From Desulfobacteraceae bacterium (lineage in GTDB: Bacteria > Desulfobacterota > Desulfobacteria > Desulfobacterales > Desulfosalsimonadaceae), in the NCBI GenBank assembly GCA_011389515.1, contig JAABUA010000002.1:28839-92838 (forward strand): a DNA stretch of 64,000 nt, written 5' to 3'. Under the pieces are notes generated by a model. It worked only from the letters and a program-made list of their open reading frames with translations, was not told where the DNA came from and ran no database searches. The position numbers were made by a program, and so were the translations under genes. Below, piece after piece: positions 53,492 through 63,265 of the stretch (within the stretch, counting starts at the first letter, position 1; each line of letters opens with the position of its first letter).

Positions 53492-54610
53492 ATGAACTTT
53501 GAGAGAAACCGCATAAACCGGCGGGTGATAGACGATCTGAAAAATCGTTCCACCATGGGAATGTATTTTTATATCGCCATAACCATCGCTGTGCTGCTTG
53601 TTGATGATTTTTATCAGCGGCATTTTCTATTTTCCGTCCTTTTCTTCAGCATCATGGCAGGCATCGCCATTTTCCGGATTGCCCATTTTTACCTGTTTGA
53701 CATGGTCGATCGCTGGAGCAGGACGTTCAACTACAATGCATTTTTCGCGAGCGTGTATGCAACGGCCATTGCCTGGGGGCTTGGTTTTGCATATTGCATG
53801 GTTCAGCCGGAGGAAAGCGTTACTACCAAAATGCTCATGCTCACATGCAGTGCCGGACTCGGCGCCGGCGGCGTGGTGGCGTTTATTCCCGCACGGTTTG
53901 TCTCCGTTCCCTATATTTTTTTGATGGTCACGCCTGCTGTTGTTGTCATGACGACATTGGCAATCGATCTCCCCGTTGTTTTTTTATTGGTGTTGTATAT
54001 CGTTTATATGACGATGATCGCCTCCCGGGGAAACCGGGAGTACTGGGATGCCCTTGAAAATGAGCATCTGCTGACGATACGGTCTAAGGAGATCGAAAAG
54101 ATGAGCCGGAAGGATAGTTTGACCGGCCTGTACAACCGGCTTTATTTTGATGAAATTTTTCAACTGCACTTCAAGACCGCAGCCCGGAGCCGGTTCAATC
54201 TTTCGATTATCGTGGGCGATATAGACCATTTCAAACCCATAAACGATACCTACGGCCACCTTGCGGGCGATGCCTACCTGGAAAGTGTTGCAAGAATCCT
54301 GTCCGGCACATTCCAGAGGGATACGGACTTTATCGCCCGGTATGGCGGGGAGGAGTTTGTGATCCTGCTTCTGGACCAGGACAGCAATGAAACGCTCCGG
54401 CTGGTCGAACAGGCCCGATTACAGATTGAAAAATTAACGTTTCAATATTACAGCCACAGGATACAAACCACCATGAGCTTCGGTGTGGCCATCAGCATTC
54501 CCGGCTTGAACGAGGATAAGGACAACCTGTTTGAAAAAGCGGACAAGGCCCTTTACCGGGCCAAAAACGGCGGGCGGAACAAGGTGGTGCTATACGAAGA
54601 GTCGTTTTAG
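53492..54610 (+). CDS. Membrane-anchored diguanylate cyclase (GGDEF)
   Basis: N-terminal multi-TM region of about 190 aa, then DSLTGLYNR..., DIDHFKPINDTYGH and the RYGGEEF active site. Confidence 0.9.
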   Translation: MNFERNRINRRVIDDLKNRSTMGMYFYIAITIAVLLVDDFYQRHFLFSVLFFSIMAGIAIFRIAHFYLFDMVDRWSRTFNYNAFFASVYATAIAWGLGFAYCMVQPEESVTTKMLMLTCSAGLGAGGVVAFIPARFVSVPYIFLMVTPAVVVMTTLAIDLPVVFLLVLYIVYMTMIASRGNREYWDALENEHLLTIRSKEIEKMSRKDSLTGLYNRLYFDEIFQLHFKTAARSRFNLSIIVGDIDHFKPINDTYGHLAGDAYLESVARILSGTFQRDTDFIARYGGEEFVILLLDQDSNETLRLVEQARLQIEKLTFQYYSHRIQTTMSFGVAISIPGLNEDKDNLFEKADKALYRAKNGGRNKVVLYEESF

Positions 54611-54613
54611 GCT

Positions 54614-55645
54614 TCAGGACGCATATCCGCCCGGATTTTTGGTTTGCCAGCGCCAGGTGTCAGCGCACATTTCCGGCAATCCCTTCTCCGCTTTCCAGCC
54701 CAGCAGCGATTGGGCCAGCGATGGATCGGCATAGCAGGCGGCAACATCGCCCGGCCGCCTGTCGACAATTTTGTAGGGTACTTGTTTCCCGCTGGCCTGT
54801 TCAAAGGCTTTTGCCATTTCCAGAACCGATGCCCCACGGCCGGTGCCAAGGTTCACCGTTAAAAGTTCGCCGCCCGGTTTTGATGCAAGATAGTCCATTG
54901 CGGCCAAATGCCCTCCTGCCAGATCCATAACATGAATATAGTCCCTTATGCCCGTGCCATCCGGCGTTGGATAATCCTGCCCGAAAACAAAAAGGCAATC
55001 GCGGATGCCGCCGGCGACCTGGCTGATATACGGCATCAGGTTGTTGGGAATGCCTTTGGGGTCTTCCCCGATCAATCCTTCCGGGTGCGCGCCGACGGGA
55101 TTGAAATACCGAAGCCTTGCAACTTGCCATGCAGGATCGGCGGCATGAAGATCCGACAGGATGTCTTCGATGATCAGTTTGCTTCGTCCATACGGGTTTG
55201 CGGCACTGCGCGGTGCATCTTCCGGTATGGGCAGGGTTTGAGGATCGCCATAAACGGTAGCGGATGAAGAAAATACAATCGTCTTCACATCAGCGGCGCT
55301 CATGGCGTTGAGCAGGTTGATGGTGCCGGTGATGTTGTTCTCGTAGTAGGATAATGGTTTGGCAACGGATTCGCTTACCGCTTTAAGGCCTGCAAAATGG
55401 ATGACCGCATCAAATCCGTTTTCAGTGAAAAGTGTTTTGAGAACGTTTTCATCGCGCATGTCTCCGCGGACGAAGTTTGCCTTTTTTCCGGTTAACCGGG
55501 CAATTCGATCCAGCACCACGGGAGAGCTGTTGCTGAGATTGTCAAGCACGGTGAGGCTGTATCCCTTCTCCAGCAGCAGAACCGCGGTATGAGAGCCGAT
55601 ATAACCGGTACCGCCGGTAATGAGTATGTGTGCATTCTTATTCAT
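54614..55645 (-). CDS. galE: UDP-glucose 4-epimerase
   Basis: ILITGGTGYIGSH, SSSATVYG and YGRSK (YxxxK) motifs; 343 aa. Confidence 0.9.
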   Translation of the reverse strand: MNKNAHILITGGTGYIGSHTAVLLLEKGYSLTVLDNLSNSSPVVLDRIARLTGKKANFVRGDMRDENVLKTLFTENGFDAVIHFAGLKAVSESVAKPLSYYENNITGTINLLNAMSAADVKTIVFSSSATVYGDPQTLPIPEDAPRSAANPYGRSKLIIEDILSDLHAADPAWQVARLRYFNPVGAHPEGLIGEDPKGIPNNLMPYISQVAGGIRDCLFVFGQDYPTPDGTGIRDYIHVMDLAGGHLAAMDYLASKPGGELLTVNLGTGRGASVLEMAKAFEQASGKQVPYKIVDRRPGDVAACYADPSLAQSLLGWKAEKGLPEMCADTWRWQTKNPGGYAS

Positions 55646-55746
55646 ATTATTCTCTTATCCATCTGTTACTTATTTTTGTTTTTTCTTCCCGAAAACGGTT
55701 TGTTCGTGCAGGGCAAAAGCCTTGTTGCATGCGGCAGGCGAGACAA

Positions 55747-56643
55747 TTAGTCTTTCAGCAAGTCGAGCAGGTACCGGCCGTAGCTGTTTTTGTCCAGTCG
55801 CCGGCCCGCTTTTTCAAGATCCTGATCGGCAAGCCAACTGTTTCGCCATGCAATTTCTTCCAGGCAAGCGATCTTAAATCCCTGTCTTTTTTCAATGGTT
55901 TCAACAAACTGGGCCGCCTCAAGCAGGCTTTCATGGGTGCCGGTATCCAGCCAGGCAAAGCCGCGCGTCAGTTTTTCCATGTGCAGATCCCCGCGCTTCA
56001 GGTAGGCCTGGTTGACACTGGTGATTTCTAGTTCGCCCCGGTGGGACGGTTTTACCTGCCGGGCGATTCCGACCACGTCGTTATCATAAAAATAGAGGCC
56101 CGTTACCGCGAAGCTGGACCTTGGATTTTTGGGTTTTTCCTCAATGGCGATAACACGGTTGTTTTCGTCAAACTCCACCACGCCGAAGCGCCCCGGATCC
56201 TTGACCTGGTATCCGAAGATGGTTGCGCCGTGCTTTCTTCCTGCGGCCTGCCTGAGTTTCGGAGAAAAATTCTGTCCATAAAACACATTGTCGCCCAGCA
56301 CCAGGCAAACATTTTCCCGGCCGATAAAATCTGCGCCGATGAGGAAGGCCTGGGCAAGACCGTCCGGGCTTGGTTGCTCGGCATAGGAGAAATGGACGCC
56401 GAACTGGCTGCCGTCACCCAAAAGCCGCTGATAGGACGGGAGGTCTGCCGGGGTGGTGATGATAAGAATATCCCGGATGCCGGCTAGCATCAGGACCGAA
56501 AGCGGGTAATAGATCATTGGCTTGTCAAATACCGGCAACAGCTGCTTGGACACGCCCATGGTGGTCGGATAGAGTCGCGTTCCGGATCCGCCGGCAAGAA
56601 TGATCCCCCTGGTATTGATGTTTTCCACAGCGCGTTCCATCAT
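55747..56643 (-). CDS. rfbA: Glucose-1-phosphate thymidylyltransferase
   Basis: [34 protein letters not shown]..., 298 aa. Confidence 0.93.
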   Translation of the reverse strand: MMERAVENINTRGIILAGGSGTRLYPTTMGVSKQLLPVFDKPMIYYPLSVLMLAGIRDILIITTPADLPSYQRLLGDGSQFGVHFSYAEQPSPDGLAQAFLIGADFIGRENVCLVLGDNVFYGQNFSPKLRQAAGRKHGATIFGYQVKDPGRFGVVEFDENNRVIAIEEKPKNPRSSFAVTGLYFYDNDVVGIARQVKPSHRGELEITSVNQAYLKRGDLHMEKLTRGFAWLDTGTHESLLEAAQFVETIEKRQGFKIACLEEIAWRNSWLADQDLEKAGRRLDKNSYGRYLLDLLKD

Positions 56644-56706
56644 ATTTTTCTTACCTGCAGGTTCCTGCCGATTGCGAAAATCCTCCGCAGCCGGCCCTGT
56701 TGACGT

Positions 56707-57789
56707 TTATCCAGTCAGGGTTTCCTTTGCGCCGGCGGACATGCCCAGCCGCTCCCGCTGGTAGGTGCCGTCCTGGACGCGGCGGCACCAGTCCGGGTTG
56801 TCCAGGTACCACCGGACCGTTTTCCGAATGCCCGTTTCAAAGGACTCGATCGGTTCCCAGCCCATTTCACGCTGAATCTTGGAAGCGTCTATGGCATAGC
56901 GCCTGTCATGGCCGGGCCGGTCGACAACATGGGTAATAAGAGACGCATGCGGCGTAAACGGAGAGTCCGGCAGGAATTCATCCAAAAGGCGGCACAGCGC
57001 ATGGACGACATCGATGTTCTTTTTTTCATTGTGCCCGCCGATATTGTAGGTTTCGCCAATGATGCCCCTTGTGACGACCATGTGAAGCGCCCGGGCATGA
57101 TCTTCCACATAGAGCCAGTCGCGCACCTGGTCTCCGTTGCCATACACCGGCAGCGGCTTGCCCTCGATGGCATTCAGGATCATCAGCGGGATCATTTTTT
57201 CCGGAAAATGATAGGGGCCGTAGTTGTTGGAGCAGTTTGTGATCAGGGCGGGAAGCGCGTAAGTTCGCTGCCAGGCCCGGACCAGGTGATCGGCGGCCGC
57301 TTTGCTGGCCGAGTAGGGAGAGCTGGGGGCGTAGGGCGTTTTCTCGGTAAACGGGTCTCCGGTATCTTCCAGGTCCCCGAACACTTCATCGGTTGAAATA
57401 TGGTGGAAACGGAAAGTGTTTTTGCCGTCGGCGTCCAGGTTTATCCAGTAGTCGCGGGCGGCCTCCAGGAGCGTGTACGTGCCGGTGATATTGGTCCGGA
57501 TAAAGGCGGCAGGACCGTCTATGGAGCGGTCCACGTGCGATTCCGCGGCCAGATGCATCACCGCGTCGGGCTGGTACCGGGCAAATATGCGGTCCATGGC
57601 GGGCCGGTCGCATATGTCCACCTGCTCAAAAGCGCAGCGCTCGCTGCCGGATACCGGGGCCAGAGATTCAAGGTTGCCCGCATAGGTCAGCTTGTCCACG
57701 TTGATGACGCGGTCTCTGGTGTTCCCGATGATGTGGCGGATAACCGCGGAACCAATAAAACCGGCGCCGCCGGTAATCAGGATTTTCAT
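56707..57789 (-). CDS. rfbB: dTDP-glucose 4,6-dehydratase
   Basis: Start trimmed to ATG 57789 ([14 protein letters not shown]). STDEVFG and [11 protein letters not shown] (YxxxK) motifs. Confidence 0.93.
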   Translation of the reverse strand: MKILITGGAGFIGSAVIRHIIGNTRDRVINVDKLTYAGNLESLAPVSGSERCAFEQVDICDRPAMDRIFARYQPDAVMHLAAESHVDRSIDGPAAFIRTNITGTYTLLEAARDYWINLDADGKNTFRFHHISTDEVFGDLEDTGDPFTEKTPYAPSSPYSASKAAADHLVRAWQRTYALPALITNCSNNYGPYHFPEKMIPLMILNAIEGKPLPVYGNGDQVRDWLYVEDHARALHMVVTRGIIGETYNIGGHNEKKNIDVVHALCRLLDEFLPDSPFTPHASLITHVVDRPGHDRRYAIDASKIQREMGWEPIESFETGIRKTVRWYLDNPDWCRRVQDGTYQRERLGMSAGAKETLTG

Positions 57790-57909
57790 GGTCGAGGCAT
57801 TCCCTGCTATGTTCTTTCGACTGTCCGGGCCGAACGAGAACCAGGATGTTTTCATTCAGGCACTATATAGCGTTGTTTGCCTCACATGTCAAAACCTGCG
57901 GTAAACTTT

Positions 57910-58167
57910 TTACATGCCTGTTTTTCCGCAGCAGCTGCCGGGCTCGGCGCAGCTGGCTTCGGACGGCGATGTGCCGCAGCATACCGTATCCCCGGTTCCC
58001 GGCAGGGTGTTTTTCCGGCTGCCGGACATGGATGAATGGGCGGAAAGCAATTTTTTCAGATTCTGGCCACCGCATCCCTTGCACGCAGAAGCTTCAGGTT
58101 TCACTCCTGTTACAAGTATCTCGCTGATTTCCCCGCAGTCCAGACATTCATATTCATACAAAGGCAT
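57910..58167 (-). CDS. FmdB-family zinc-ribbon protein
   Basis: MPLYEYECLDCG...CKGCGG plus a Cys-rich tail. Start trimmed to the conserved MPLYEY. Confidence 0.75.
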   Translation of the reverse strand: MPLYEYECLDCGEISEILVTGVKPEASACKGCGGQNLKKLLSAHSSMSGSRKNTLPGTGDTVCCGTSPSEASCAEPGSCCGKTGM

Positions 58168-58192
58168 ATCACGGCTCCTTGTTTTTGTCATA

Positions 58193-58561
58193 TCAGGCAA
58201 AAATATCCGATGGTTTGTAGGGGTGAGCCCCTTCGATCACTTCGACGCCCGCTTTTGCGCTGATTTTGCCGATGATCGTATCCTTGTAGGGGCAGTGATC
58301 CGTAATGCAGGGCCCGATATGGACTTTTGTCACTTTTTCGTCAACCGCCTTGTTCCAGAGGTTGACCTGGGCAAGGCGGGTGACAATGGTCGCCCCCGGG
58401 CAGTCGCCGCAGTTGATCAGCCCCACCAGTTCCGCCCCGCCTTTTTCGTATCTCTCGAATTCGCCTGCCCTGCGGTTAAGCCCTACCATGCAGCGGGAAC
58501 ATCCAATACACACGTCATCCATTGCTTTTTTGCATCCGACGATCAGAATTTTTTCCATCAT
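58193..58561 (-). CDS. CGGC-domain protein
   Basis: ILIVGCKKAMDDVCIGCSRC...LINCGDCPG...GPC pattern, about 120 aa. Confidence 0.7.
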   Translation of the reverse strand: MMEKILIVGCKKAMDDVCIGCSRCMVGLNRRAGEFERYEKGGAELVGLINCGDCPGATIVTRLAQVNLWNKAVDEKVTKVHIGPCITDHCPYKDTIIGKISAKAGVEVIEGAHPYKPSDIFA

Positions 58562-58945
58562 TGTCTGCAGCTCCTTCGCGGGAATGTCACAGGTTTTTGG
58601 TTTCGGGCATATGCTTACAAATATAGTGAAAAGAATTCGCTTGCAAGAAAAAAAGAAGCAGCCCGTCCTGGCGGTGTGCTGGATGATATGAAAAATTGGG
58701 ATATCCAGAAAAAGAACGAGGATACAGGCGAGTGCCGCCTTTTATTTGCCGTCGGAGACGGGTTTCGGGTTCAATTCGATAACCGCCTCGTTGTCCGAAG
58801 GGGGAAGATCGTTATACAGACTCAAAAGAATCAGCCCGACTTCTGAGATGTCATCCTCCGCGTTTTCTGGCCATCTTCAGGGCATCGCTGAACTCATCTG
58901 TTTGTCAAGTCAGAAATGAGCCAGAAATGAGCAATCCGGGTTAAT

Positions 58946-59434
58946 TTATCCGTCCGCCTTGGGGATGACGAAAACGGGAATCCTGCTCCGCCGGAGAACG
59001 CGTCTGGCAGTGGAGCCCATTATGGCCCCAACCAGGTAGCCGGCGCCGATCGTTCCCATGACGATGATGTCGCATTGGTGTTCCGCGGCGGTTGCAATGA
59101 TCTTTTCCACGGGATTTCCCGTTACCACGATAATCTCATCGGCCACATGGGTGCATTCCGGTATCTCGGCTTTTACATCACTGCAAAACGCGCTCAGGTG
59201 CTTTTTCATTATCTCGGCTGCTTCACTGCTGATCTTCTGCTTCAACTCATTCCATTCCGGTTCCGTAAGATAGAACTGAAGGGAGGGGGAGGACGAGCCG
59301 ACCTCCTCGATGACGTTTACGATCAGGAGCAACGCATCGTGCTTCCGGGCCAGGGCCATTGCCCATGCCAGCGATGCGCGGGAGTTTTCGGAAAGGTCTG
59401 TTGCGTAGAGGATCTTTTTTATTTCCGGAATCAT
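58946..59434 (-). CDS. Universal stress protein (single UspA domain)
   Basis: KILYATDLSENS...IIVMGTIGAGYLVGAIMGSTARRVLRRSRIPVFVI. Confidence 0.85.
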   Translation of the reverse strand: MIPEIKKILYATDLSENSRASLAWAMALARKHDALLLIVNVIEEVGSSSPSLQFYLTEPEWNELKQKISSEAAEIMKKHLSAFCSDVKAEIPECTHVADEIIVVTGNPVEKIIATAAEHQCDIIVMGTIGAGYLVGAIMGSTARRVLRRSRIPVFVIPKADG

Positions 59435-59839
59435 GTCAAAACCTCCTAATTTCGGTGCACAAGAGCGTTATTTTTTATTTTCGCCGGGTTATTCTGAATT
59501 TTACCATAGTTTTCTAAAGAAAAAACAGGAAAATTTTTGCTCTTCGGTCGTCCGTTGAAACAATCGTAGCAGGAAGCGTTATTGGCATGTTGATGCGGTC
59601 AAACGCATTTCGGTTTTTTCAATTGTAAAACCTTTTTTTTATGCTATAAATTATTGCAAAATTGAGGATACCCAATGTCGAACGGCGTTTTACTACAAGC
59701 TATCTCAAAATAATCTAACACCCTCTGGCGGCGTTGTGAGGCTCTTCAAAATGCTCACATATTACGTATATGTTCCGCTTTTTCATCATCTCACGCCTTG
59801 CCAGTGGGCGCGATAAGGTTGTTTTACGGAAAGGTGCAC

Positions 59840-61147
59840 ATGATAACAGAAATACCGGTTCTGGCAAAAACGCTTGTCGTATTCTTCATGGTACTGGCGT
59901 TGAACAAGGCGCGGCTGAAGCTGAGCACCTGCCTTTTTGCAGGGGCCGTGGTTCTGGGAGCATGGGTCGGCATGGGGATGTATCCCCTTGCAAAGAGCCT
60001 GGCATCCAACCTGGTTCATTTCGATACGATCAAGCTGGCCGTGGTTGTGGGATTGATCCTTGTCATCAGCAGGCTCATGAAAGAAAGCGGCCAGATGGAT
60101 CGGATTGTAAGCCGCTTTGGCGATCTTACACGTGATCCCCGTATGGTGGGCGCTGCAATGCCCGCTCTGATAGGGCTTCTGCCGATGCCTGGCGGGGCGC
60201 TTTTTTCGGCCCCCATGGTGGAAACGGCATTTTGCCATACGACCCTTTCAGGTGAAAAAAAAACGATCGTGAATTACTGGTTCCGGCATATATGGGAATA
60301 CTGGTGGCCGCTTTATCCGGGGGTCGTACTGGCTGTAGGGCTGCTGCAAGTGGAGATCTGGCAGTTCATGCTCGTGATGATGCCCATGACCGGCGTTACG
60401 GTTCTGGCCGGGTTGTTTTTCATCCTGCGGCCCATGGGTAAGCAAGCCGGAACCGGAGGGATTGTCCGTAACGAAAAAGCATTGCAGGCCTTTATTTGGG
60501 AAATCATGCCCATTGTCGTTGTTGTTGTAGTGATCGCCGCTGTGGCGGCAACCACCATGACGCTTCGGACAATGGGGATCAACGCGGTACTGCCCGGCGG
60601 GTCGGCTATTTTACCGGGGCTTTTGGCCGCAATGATCTGGGTCGTTTGGGTTAACCGGATTTCCCTGCGCCAACTGTGGAAAGCATTGGCAGGCAGAGAG
60701 CTCCTGCCCATGATCCTGCTGGTGGTCTCCATCATGCTTTTTAAAGGGATCATGACCGACAGTCATGCGGTTTACCATATCCGCGACGAGTTGGTCTCCT
60801 ACCAGTTTCCGCTGATCTGGATTGTCATGCTGATGCCCTTTTTATCCGGCCTTGTCACGGGCATCGCCATCGGGTTCGTGGGAACATCGTTTCCGCTTGT
60901 CATACCGTTGTTCCCTGTCACATCTCCTGTTGAATACCTTTCATATGCATGCTTGGCGTATACCTTCGGCTACATGGGCATGATGCTTTCTCCCGTGCAT
61001 CTGTGCTTTCTGGTGACCAAGGACTATTTCAAGGCCAGCCTGTTTCACAGTTACCGTCCGATTGCCCTGCCCGTGATTACCGTCCTTGTGTCGGCATGGC
61101 TTTATTTCATGCTTCTCAAGAACGGTGTTGCGGGGCTTTTCCTTTAG
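59840..61147 (+). CDS. DUF401-family polytopic membrane protein (putative transporter)
   Basis: Start trimmed to ATG 59840. About 435 aa with 10 or more hydrophobic helices. LIGLLPMPGGALFSAPMV-type motif, as I recall for the DUF401/TIGR00529 family. Confidence 0.6.
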   Translation: MITEIPVLAKTLVVFFMVLALNKARLKLSTCLFAGAVVLGAWVGMGMYPLAKSLASNLVHFDTIKLAVVVGLILVISRLMKESGQMDRIVSRFGDLTRDPRMVGAAMPALIGLLPMPGGALFSAPMVETAFCHTTLSGEKKTIVNYWFRHIWEYWWPLYPGVVLAVGLLQVEIWQFMLVMMPMTGVTVLAGLFFILRPMGKQAGTGGIVRNEKALQAFIWEIMPIVVVVVVIAAVAATTMTLRTMGINAVLPGGSAILPGLLAAMIWVVWVNRISLRQLWKALAGRELLPMILLVVSIMLFKGIMTDSHAVYHIRDELVSYQFPLIWIVMLMPFLSGLVTGIAIGFVGTSFPLVIPLFPVTSPVEYLSYACLAYTFGYMGMMLSPVHLCFLVTKDYFKASLFHSYRPIALPVITVLVSAWLYFMLLKNGVAGLFL

Positions 61148-61171
61148 CCGTAGACGGGAAGGTCGCCTCGG

Positions 61172-61567
61172 CTATCTGCCGCCGGTTTCTTCGAGCACTT
61201 CCTTTATCGCTTTTACAAGTTCTTTCGTTCGAACCGGTTTGGCGACAAAATATGATTCGCCGCTCTTTTTCAATACATTGCCGCCGGTATCATCCTTTGT
61301 CGCAAGCGCGGTCAAAAATATTTTAGGAATACCGCTGGTTTCAGGGATCCTGTTCAACTCGTCCGCCACCTGTTCACCGGACATGCCGGGCATCATGAGA
61401 TCGAGCAAAATTATATCCGGCGACCGCTTCCGGGCAATTTCAATGCCGTAAGCCCCGTTGGTGGCGATGAAAACTTCAAACTCACCCGTATTGTTGAGAT
61501 TTTCCCTTACAAAAAAGCAGAAATCCTCTTCATCTTCAATAATCAAGACCTTTTTTTTCATGCTCAT
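61172..61567 (-). CDS. Single-domain response regulator (REC only)
   Basis: VLIIEDEEDF, IILLDLMMPGMSG, FLTAL and FVAKP motifs. Overlaps the upstream kinase stop by 32 nt. Confidence 0.85.
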   Translation of the reverse strand: MSMKKKVLIIEDEEDFCFFVRENLNNTGEFEVFIATNGAYGIEIARKRSPDIILLDLMMPGMSGEQVADELNRIPETSGIPKIFLTALATKDDTGGNVLKKSGESYFVAKPVRTKELVKAIKEVLEETGGR

Positions 61568-63263
61568 CTATCTCATCCTTCATTATATATGCCATGTTTG
61601 CCGCGGGTTGAAGCTTGACAAAAAAAGATGTCCCTTCTCCAACGCGGCTTTCCACATCGATAGTGCCTTTCATGCGGTCAATGATCATATGGGCAAGGCT
61701 CAAGCCAAGGCCGGTTCCTTTCCCGATTTCCTTGGTCGTAAAAAAGGGTTCGAAAATTTTTCTCGAAACCTCTTCATCCATTCCTTTCCCGGTGTCGATG
61801 ATTTCAATGACAACCATTTTTTCACCGACTTTAAAGTAATCCGTTTGCCTGTATCCGGTCTTGTAGCCCACGTCGCTGACCGTGATTTCGCAGATGCGTA
61901 TCGTCAATTCTTTTGTTGGGGCGTCTTCCATGGAATCAACGGCGTTGTATAGGATATTGAGAATCACCTGTTCCAGCATGGTTCTGTTTGCGCCTGTTTC
62001 GATTTCGGCGGCCGGATAATTTTTCCTCACGGAAACGTTGTTTTTTCTCAGGTGGTGCCCCGTCAGTTTCATGACATCCTCCATCAATGAACAGACATTG
62101 ACGGTTTCCATGACAAATGCCGTTTTCCTGGAAAATTTCAATATGTCGTTGATAATGATGTTGACCCGGTCAACGGCGTTGTAAATGCGGTCGATGGATT
62201 TCCTGCCGGTTCCATTGTCTTCGGGGATATTGGTTTCCAGGTAATCAATTCCCATGAGGATGATTTCCATGGGGTTTCGGATCTCATGGGCAATGCCTGA
62301 TGCAAGGCGTCCAAGGGAGGCCATCTTGTCCTTTTGTATCAACTGCTCCCGCGTTTCCCTCAGGATATCATAGGCTTTTTGGAGTTCTTTCTCTTTTTTA
62401 ACCCGCTCGGTGATGTCCCGGGACATCCCCCCAACCGCAAAAACATCGCCTTTTTCGGGGTCCTTGATGGGGCTCAGGGCATGGGAATACCATTTGTCTT
62501 TCTGCTTGTCGTAGGATTCGTACTCGACAAAGGCGCCGGTTGTAAATACCGTTTGCAGGTGCCCCATGAAAAGGTCGGCGTCCTCCGGTTCATGAAGCGA
62601 CTCATAAGGCATCCCCAGCATTTCGATTTCACTTGAAAATCCGTGCTGCTTGTAAAGCTTGGGATTGGCGGACAGGAACTCTCCCGCAGGGTTGATGGTA
62701 AAAATCAGGATATCCGAATAATTGAAAAGCAGCTGGTATTGCCTTTCGGTTTCCTGGAGGCGGTTTTGGCTGTCGGTGTCGGCAATGGTGGCAAGAAAAC
62801 CGAAAAAAATAGCAATAATTATGATAAGGGGGAGCCGGAGCAGGTATCCAACGGCTTCGTCGCCCGCCAGGTAACCCTGATTGTGCAGGATGATTCCGTA
62901 AATTCCTGCAAAGAGCGTCACACTGATCATCAGGTATCTGAATTTCGCGCCCATTGCCGCAAGGCAGATGATAAAAAAGTAAACCAGGTAAAGGTCCGTG
63001 CCTGCCATTCCTGACAGGTATATGCCGATGCCGATCATTACGCTGTCAAACAGCGCGAAACCATAAAACAACGGTCCCTCATAAAAATAGCTTTCCGGAA
63101 TATAGAAGACCAGGAGGCAGGTTGCCAGGTAAAAGGCGATAAACGCGTATCCAGCGTATTTTATCCCGTCTACGGGTGAAAAGACGATAAAATAGGCAAG
63201 AACAATAACCACAAGCAGGCGGATGATGTAAATGAGACGTTTTCGGGAAAGGGCATAGGCCAT
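61536..63263 (-). CDS. Sensor histidine kinase (multi-TM N-terminus, PAS, HisKA, HATPase)
   Basis: Start trimmed to ATG 63263, 2 nt after the upstream stop. About 6 TM helices with no large periplasmic loop. H-box SGIAHEIRNPM; LYNAVDSM, DTGKGM, GTGLGLS. Confidence 0.88.
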   Translation of the reverse strand: MAYALSRKRLIYIIRLLVVIVLAYFIVFSPVDGIKYAGYAFIAFYLATCLLVFYIPESYFYEGPLFYGFALFDSVMIGIGIYLSGMAGTDLYLVYFFIICLAAMGAKFRYLMISVTLFAGIYGIILHNQGYLAGDEAVGYLLRLPLIIIIAIFFGFLATIADTDSQNRLQETERQYQLLFNYSDILIFTINPAGEFLSANPKLYKQHGFSSEIEMLGMPYESLHEPEDADLFMGHLQTVFTTGAFVEYESYDKQKDKWYSHALSPIKDPEKGDVFAVGGMSRDITERVKKEKELQKAYDILRETREQLIQKDKMASLGRLASGIAHEIRNPMEIILMGIDYLETNIPEDNGTGRKSIDRIYNAVDRVNIIINDILKFSRKTAFVMETVNVCSLMEDVMKLTGHHLRKNNVSVRKNYPAAEIETGANRTMLEQVILNILYNAVDSMEDAPTKELTIRICEITVSDVGYKTGYRQTDYFKVGEKMVVIEIIDTGKGMDEEVSRKIFEPFFTTKEIGKGTGLGLSLAHMIIDRMKGTIDVESRVGEGTSFFVKLQPAANMAYIMKDEIDEHEKKGLDY

Positions 63264-63265
63264 GT

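Noticed and set aside
59583-59596. Sigma-54-like motif TGGCATGTTGATGC upstream of the DUF401 gene
   Set aside because: The GG-to-GC spacing is one nucleotide short of the canonical -24/-12 distance.
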